A stretch of 64,000 nucleotides of DNA from Pseudomonadota bacterium (GTDB taxonomy: Bacteria > Pseudomonadota > Gammaproteobacteria > Acidiferrobacterales > UBA6901): assembly GCA_021819085.1 (NCBI GenBank), contig JAKASJ010000013.1:7107-71106 (forward strand), written 5' to 3'. The position numbers and the translations under genes are program-made. The notes beneath the pieces were generated by a model. The model was given only the letters and a program-made list of their open reading frames with translations. It searched no databases and was not told the origin of the DNA. Of this stretch, positions 58,954 through 64,000 are shown piece by piece (position 1 is the stretch's first letter; each line of letters starts with the position of its first letter).

Positions 58954-59408
58954 AATACCCTCCGATATACTCGCTGCACACCGGAAATAGCAGCGACGCA
59001 CCTTCACCGGCCAGCAGACTGTCACCGGCCTAGACCCTTGCGTTTGCAGTCCTGGCAACTGCTCCGCCGGGAAGTTCTGACCGACTCTTGGTCACCGGTC
59101 ACCCGCCATTCCAGATAACTGACTTTGCCACAACATCCCATGCCCCTCAACCACGGAAATCATGATAACGTCGATTGTTCAGGTCATTGCAAACTCGACC
59201 CTGCCGGACTTGTGCAATGGCCATGGCTGTGCTCGTTTTTTTTAAGCAGCAGGATTTGCATCACCCCGGACCCGATCTGTGGATTTGGGGCAAGGACCGC
59301 CAACGAGATCAGTTATTCAGCCCCGCCTCCCGGCAAAACTCCACCACGACGCCAACCGGCGGCTGTCGGACCTGAATATTTCATCGAATGTTGGGCGAAC
59401 GCGCTTTT

Positions 59409-59830
59409 CTAACGTATCAACACAAGCCAGGCCCCGCACACTGTTATTGTCAGGCTTGCTGCTATCAAGAATGTACGTACGGTTCTTTCCTGCCCCGACA
59501 TGTCGTGTTGACCATATTCGCACCTGGCAGGCGTGACTTTCCCGGCTGCGGCGGAGACCATTTCTGCCGCAGTGCCGCCGTTTCCGGTCGGACTCGCCCC
59601 GGGTACCCCAGTTGCAATCGCCGGCCGTTTCAAGTTGACCGCTGCGTTGTGGTCGCGGTCATGGCGTCCCTCATTCCGGGTACGTCCATTGACAATCATT
59701 CAGCGTCAGCGATCCGTTTTTCCAGCCACAGGCCGAACACAGCTGGCTGCTCGGAGCACCGTCTATCCTGGCACAGGGGGGTGTCGTGCCCTAGCGTTTC
59801 GTCTTGTATTCCATATGCAAGCGGAATATC
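59409..59830 (-). mobile_element. Degenerate C-terminal fragment of an IS200/IS605-family TnpB (OrfB)
   Basis: One frame reads ...PSSQLCSACGWKNGSLTLNDCQWTYPE* (zinc-finger region). After a frameshift it reads GRHDRDHNAAVNLKR...ASPTGNGG (the conserved DRD.NAA.N motif). No RuvC N-terminal part is present. Confidence 0.55.
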
Positions 59831-59899
59831 CCAAAGCCTACGTCAGATTGGTCATGTTATTTAATGTATAGAGACCAGCTGCCCATGCGGTTAACAGGT

Positions 59900-60680
59900 T
59901 GCTGAAAATACCCTGAAAAGAAACCATGCTCCTCAAATCGTTCAAAACGATGCGGTAGGCGAGTCTTCGCCCAATGAAGGGGGCGTCACGACCGTATCGA
60001 CGATGAAACCGCCGCGATGCTCCATCACGAGATTCCCGAGGGGGCAGCGCCGGTCGCCCGCACCGGGGGACTTCTTTAATAGAGCCGGCAGTCGGGGTCA
60101 GTCGTGCTTTCGTGGGGGTCGTTGGTCCGCGAGTCGCCGCGGAAATTAATGCTGCGGTTGCGCCCGGGGCCACCTTTCGACGGCGGTTCGTCCTCCGGGT
60201 GGAAACGCTTCATCGAGGCCTGGGCCTCGATGAGCGTCCCGTCTACCGAGAAGCGCTCATCGGAGGTGAGGTCTGCCGCCCTGGCCTAGGCCAGCACTTC
60301 GGCGAAGACCTTATGGACAAACCCGGCTTCCAGGAACCGCTCGCGGTTATGGGTGAACACCGTCGGCACCCACACCGGCTGTCCGCCCCGAGCCCCACGA
60401 ACCAGCAGAACAGGAGATTGTAATCGAGTTGCTCCATCAGGAGGCGCTCGCTCCGCACGGTGTAGAACACCTGCGCCAGGAGCGCGGATCAGTTTCTCGG
60501 GCATGATCGAAGGCCAGCCCAGCGGTGAGTAGGCGGCCTCAAAGCCTCACCGACAGCGCCGCGAGCGCCTCCTCGGTCAGGCGACGGATCACGCGCAGGG
60601 GGTGGTCTTTCGGAATACGCAACTCGGGCGAGACACACGAGAACAGACCTTCAATGACCTTGGCCGAACCCTGAGTTGCA
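59900..60680 (-). mobile_element. IS5-family DDE transposase remnant (N-terminal ~55%, multiple frameshifts/stops, 3' part deleted)
   Basis: Successive frames read EGLFSCVSPELRIPKDHPLRVIRRLTEEALAALS / SIMPEKLIRA / FYTVRSERLLMEQLDYNLLFCWFVGL / VWVPTVFTHNRERFLEAGFVHKVF / SDERFSVDGTLIEAQASMKRF...STTDPDCRLY / LGNLVMEHRGGFIVDT. All are hallmark segments of this transposase family. I identified no catalytic C-terminal half and no inverted repeats. Confidence 0.75.
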
Positions 60681-60773
60681 ATAGCCGTAACATAACAGGC
60701 CTGCGCATCCAGAAGATCTTTGATTCTGGAATTAGGCGGTACGACGTTTGGGCGACCAGCGCGGCGGCCCCGA

Positions 60774-60983
60774 TTACGGTCCGAGTCGAGCCAGCTCGCT
60801 ACGCAGCACAATCAAATGCGGGTGCGTGCTAATTCCGAGCCGTACCTGCATACCCGAAACCCGTGTCACAATAACCTCTATGGGCGCAGGACTGAACAGG
60901 GTTGCCACGGTCGTGTCCGGGTTCAGGTGTGGGCCTGGAAAAATCTGAAGCGCTTCGCCAGGCCGTCGCGATAGAATCAGCAT
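60774..60983 (-). CDS. CsrA/RsmA-family RNA-binding protein of the RsmN/RsmF-like (internally inserted) type
   Basis: MLILSRRPGEAL (CsrA beta1), then a ~22-aa insert, then IEVIVTRVSGMQVRLGISTHPHLIVLRSEL (CsrA beta3-5 with the RxEL motif). The ATG overlaps the stop of the upstream XRE gene (TGAATG). Confidence 0.6.
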   Translation of the reverse strand: MLILSRRPGEALQIFPGPHLNPDTTVATLFSPAPIEVIVTRVSGMQVRLGISTHPHLIVLRSELARLGP

Positions 60984-61265
60984 TCAGCTGCGCTCCAGCT
61001 TGTCGCTACCGTCACCATCCGCGCTGGTCATGAAGTTACCCAGACTCGCTGCATCAGGTTCCAGCAGGGTACACAATGAAACACCCAGAGCAGACGCGAT
61101 TTTTTCCAGGTTATCGAGACCAACGTTCAGCTCCGCGCGCTCCACATGACCGATATAGTTTCGGTGCAAACCGCTTGCTGCGGCCAACGCCTCCTGTGAC
61201 CAACCGCGCCCAACGCGCAACAGCCGGACTCGCTTTGCCAGCATCTTCCTGGTCCTTCCTTCCAT
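60984..61265 (-). CDS. XRE-family helix-turn-helix transcriptional regulator
   Basis: LAKRVRLLRVGRGWSQEALAAASGLHRNYIGHVERAELNVGLDNLEKIASALGVSLCTLL is a classic Cro/C1 HTH. The start is either 61265 or 61244. A TGTATAC-containing repeat overlaps the 61265 start. Confidence 0.8.
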   Translation of the reverse strand: MEGRTRKMLAKRVRLLRVGRGWSQEALAAASGLHRNYIGHVERAELNVGLDNLEKIASALGVSLCTLLEPDAASLGNFMTSADGDGSDKLERS

Positions 61266-61888
61266 GTATACAACTGTATCGGGGTGCAATGCAGGACGTC
61301 GACACAGCATTTAGAACGGTTTGCACCATTGTAGATGCGGAGACGTTCTTTTCCATTACGCGACATAATCCGGTACCGATGCTCCATACCGGCTGAAATT
61401 CCGGAAAATCGGCCAACAATAAACTCCGCGCTCCGAAAATCCGGTTATGGCAATCTTTGGCGTAGATTTTCGGTGCCGCGCCAACCGTCGGATGAACGGT
61501 GACCGGCCGTGCACAGACGAAATATGCTGCATCGAAGCTTTTTCGGCAGTTCTTCCGAGGCAACTGGTTGTTACCCCTGTTATCGGCCTAATTCCCGGGA
61601 CAGGACAGGATACGGTCCGGCTACCACCCCCCGGGGGCCACCTGCGATCTGGAAATCCCGTCCGGACCATGCCACGAAAACCCGACGACCAAAAAACATG
61701 GGGTTGGCTTCGTGTCATCTTGTGTGCGAAATGCATGTTTCCTGGATTGCGCAGCAAATTGCGGCGCACCAACGGTAATCTGCCCGCGCACCCTAGTTGT
61801 GATCCTGGACTAGGAGACCAGGCGCTAAAGCGAGAGCGCTGATCCCTGTCATGGGGCCGGGGACGCCGCGCCCCGGATCAGGGGCATC

Positions 61889-62269
61889 ATGAATTTCCTG
61901 GACGCGGCGTTTCGTGTCTGCGCAGAGTTGATACATACGGCGGCCCATGCTCTGGCGCAGGCTTCATTGCGTACTCGGGGAACGGTTCCTCATTCGGAAC
62001 TTCTTGCTGCGGCCGGCCATATAATGCGACGCGCTATACCGGAATCGCCGGGAGGCATTACGACAGGAATGGGGCCGAACTTCCAATCGGCTCGGCGCCC
62101 TGACCAGCCCCCTTCTGAACAGTGCACGGGAATCCGCGACCGCTATCCCGGCATGTCCGCTGACGCCTCCGTTCCTCCGGACAAGATTGGCCCCGGCCCG
62201 GAGGCTGCACCGATCTTCGACATCGAAATGACGAACTCATTCAATCCGGACACCGCGTGTGTCACCTAA
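61889..62269 (+). CDS. Questionable hypothetical ORF (126 aa)
   Basis: Only an open frame with moderate GC3. No recognisable motif and no clear Shine-Dalgarno. It sits in an ORF-poor, lower-GC stretch. Confidence 0.15.
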   Translation: MNFLDAAFRVCAELIHTAAHALAQASLRTRGTVPHSELLAAAGHIMRRAIPESPGGITTGMGPNFQSARRPDQPPSEQCTGIRDRYPGMSADASVPPDKIGPGPEAAPIFDIEMTNSFNPDTACVT

Positions 62270-62319
62270 ACCACACTGTCCGCGTCACACCGAATTTTTG
62301 TGGCGCAGATCGAGTTCAT

Positions 62320-64000
62320 TCAGCGCCGACGCTTGCCACGGCCAGCTGGGCTTCCCGGATTTAAACCGGCCGGTGACCCTGCAATCGCACCCGGAGCAGG
62401 ACGCGTCGCCAACCCGGTATGCTGGGTGCGAAATCGTCCATCCTTGCCGCAGCGTCCCGCCGGGCTGTCGCCTGACCAACCTCTATTTGAGCTGCCTGCA
62501 TTGCGCACAGGTGTGTGCAGTGTCCGGTTGTCGGGCCGCGAGTCCGTCTGCCTCGCGGCGGATGCAAACGGCTGGGTCGCTGGCACGAGCTGACGCTTTC
62601 CGCTACCGATAAGGTCCGCTCGGCCCATGCGTCGTAGCGCCTCGCGCAGCAGCGGCCAATTGTCTGGATCGTGATAACGCAGGAACGCCTTGTGCAGACG
62701 ACGCGCCCTGATTCCCTTGGGAATGACCACGTCCTCGCTGGTGCGTGTCACCTTGCGCAGAGAATTTTTTCCTGAATGGTACATTGCCGTGGCGGTTGCC
62801 ATGGGCGACGGAAGAAAGGCCTGGACCTGATCGGCACGAAATCCATTGCGCTTCAGCCATAGCGCCAGCTCGAGCATGTCCTGGTCAGTCGTACCCGGAT
62901 GGGCGGCGATGAAGTAGGGAATGAGATACTGCTCCTTGCCGGCCTCTTTCGAATACTGGTCGAACATCTCCTTGAAGCGGTCATAGGTGCCCATACCCGG
63001 CTTCATCATCTTGCTCAATGGACCCTCACACAGGTGCTCAGGGGCGATCTTGAGGTAACCGCCGACGTGATGACTAACCAGTTCCTTCACGTACTCCGGA
63101 GATTCGATCGCGAGGTCATAGCGTACCCCGGACGCAATAAGTACCTTCTTGATGCCCGGCACCGCGCGCGCCCGACGATACAGCCGGATGAGCGGTGCAT
63201 GGTCTGTGTCCAGGTTCTTGCAGATTCCGGGATATACGCACGATGGCTTGCGGCATGCCGACTCGATCTCCTGACTGCGGCAGTGCAGGCGGTACATATT
63301 GGCGGTTGGCCCGCCAAGGTCCGAAATGATGCCGGTGAAACCAGGGACGGTATCGCGCACGGATTCTATTTCGCGGATCACCGATTCTTCCGAACGGCTT
63401 TGAATCACCCGCCCCTCGTGCTCCGTGATCGAACAGAATGTGCATCCGCCGAAACAACCGCGCTGGATGGTAATTGAAAAACGGATCATCTCGTAGGCAG
63501 GAATACGCAGGTTGCCATAGGACGGATGTGGCCGCCGGGTGTAAGGCAACTCATAGACACGATCCATTTCGCGCGTCGATAGCGGGAGCGCCGGTGGGTT
63601 GAGCCAAAGATCGCGATCGCCGTGACGCTGCACCAGGGCACGTGCATTGCCGGGATTGGACTCCGTATGCAGAATGCGCGATGCATGAGCGTACAGAACC
63701 TTGTCGCCCGCCACCTGATCAAACCCCGGCAACCTGACCACGCTGCTGCTTCGGCTCATCCGAATCCCACTACGCTCGAAACGCAGGGGAGCAGACACCA
63801 CGGGCATGACATCCTGGCGGGCAGTATCGGAAGTTTCCGGCGATGCATAGGGATTCGCCGGGGGAGTAAGCGGCCCCGGAATGTCGACGCTGGTTGAATC
63901 AATCTCGGTCCATCCGTCAGGAATGCCCTTTCGCAGAAATGCAGTTCCGCGGACATCAGTGATCGCGCTGATCTGTTCGCCGCGCGCGAGCCTGTGTGCG
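62320..64000 (-). CDS. ygiQ: YgiQ-family radical SAM protein (UPF0313); 5' end lies outside the window
   Basis: [18 protein letters not shown] (CxxxCxxC cluster), flanked by [13 protein letters not shown]...[12 protein letters not shown]...[10 protein letters not shown], and a basic C-terminal tail. The same frame stays open upstream of the ORF-track Met (63807) to the window edge (...[18 protein letters not shown]...). Confidence 0.9.
   Translation of the reverse strand, partial: AHRLARGEQISAITDVRGTAFLRKGIPDGWTEIDSTSVDIPGPLTPPANPYASPETSDTARQDVMPVVSAPLRFERSGIRMSRSSSVVRLPGFDQVAGDKVLYAHASRILHTESNPGNARALVQRHGDRDLWLNPPALPLSTREMDRVYELPYTRRPHPSYGNLRIPAYEMIRFSITIQRGCFGGCTFCSITEHEGRVIQSRSEESVIREIESVRDTVPGFTGIISDLGGPTANMYRLHCRSQEIESACRKPSCVYPGICKNLDTDHAPLIRLYRRARAVPGIKKVLIASGVRYDLAIESPEYVKELVSHHVGGYLKIAPEHLCEGPLSKMMKPGMGTYDRFKEMFDQYSKEAGKEQYLIPYFIAAHPGTTDQDMLELALWLKRNGFRADQVQAFLPSPMATATAMYHSGKNSLRKVTRTSEDVVIPKGIRARRLHKAFLRYHDPDNWPLLREALRRMGRADLIGSGKRQLVPATQPFASAARQTDSRPDNRTLHTPVRNAGSSNRGWSGDSPAGRCGKDGRFRTQHTGLATRPAPGAIAGSPAGLNPGSPAGRGKRRR

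Noticed and set aside
59838-60173. The 111-aa minus ORF whose 'IVLNDLRSM' segment I first read as a TnpB (IVLEDL) motif.
   Set aside because: It is better explained as an out-of-frame and in-frame mix of the IS5-type transposase remnant (…LGNLVMEHRGGFIVDT… / AAVAMLERL-like). It is not an independent gene.
61310-61900. The idea of an RsmY/Z-like GGA-rich sponge RNA next to the csrA-like gene.
   Set aside because: About 14 GGA on the plus strand and about 16 on the minus strand in ~600 nt is close to the random expectation (~11) for this composition. There is no obvious array of GGA-loop hairpins.

Overview
High-GC (~60%) proteobacterial window. Positions 1-56.9 kb hold one contiguous, almost entirely minus-strand polar-flagellum/chemotaxis supercluster of the FleQ / FleSR / FlhF-FleN / FliA type seen in Pseudomonas and Vibrio. 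In coordinate order it contains: a GGDEF cyclase, DUF2802, cheW, parP/parC, motDC, cheBAZY, fliA, fleN, flhF, flhAB, fliRQPONML, fliK, a decayed STAS+receiver pair, fliJIHGFE, fleRS, fleQ, an atypical PilZ gene, fliTS, fliD, flaG, fliC, flgLKJIHGFEDCB, cheR and cheV. These are followed by a plus-strand mcp-flgA-flgM-flgN-flgZ block. By eye I could place six strong sigma54 promoters (TGGCA[C/T]-N5-TTGC[T/A]; upstream of fleQ, fleSR, fliK, fliL, flgB and mcp-flgA), plus a weaker cheW candidate, and three sigma28 promoters (fliC, cheV, flgM). Two of the sigma54 promoters force shorter start codons than the ORF track gives (fliL, flgB). The right-hand ~7 kb (56.9-64 kb) is a decayed accessory patch. 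It holds a frameshifted isoaspartyl peptidase, orphan small ORFs, a YHS-domain gene, nested IS remnants (an IS5-type transposase abutting a TnpB fragment), a translationally coupled XRE + RsmN/RsmF-like CsrA bicistron, ~1 kb of ORF-poor DNA, and a ygiQ radical-SAM gene running off the window. I saw no rRNA, tRNA or CRISPR array. The most unusual items are: the XRE-CsrA(RsmN-type) cassette; the frameshift-inactivated STAS-receiver module between fliJ and fliK; a soluble chemoreceptor with a ligand-less CZB-like domain co-transcribed with flgA from a sigma54 promoter; and a fleQ control region combining a consensus sigma54 promoter with a FleQ-box-like palindrome in its own leader. All family assignments come from motif recognition by eye, not from database searches.
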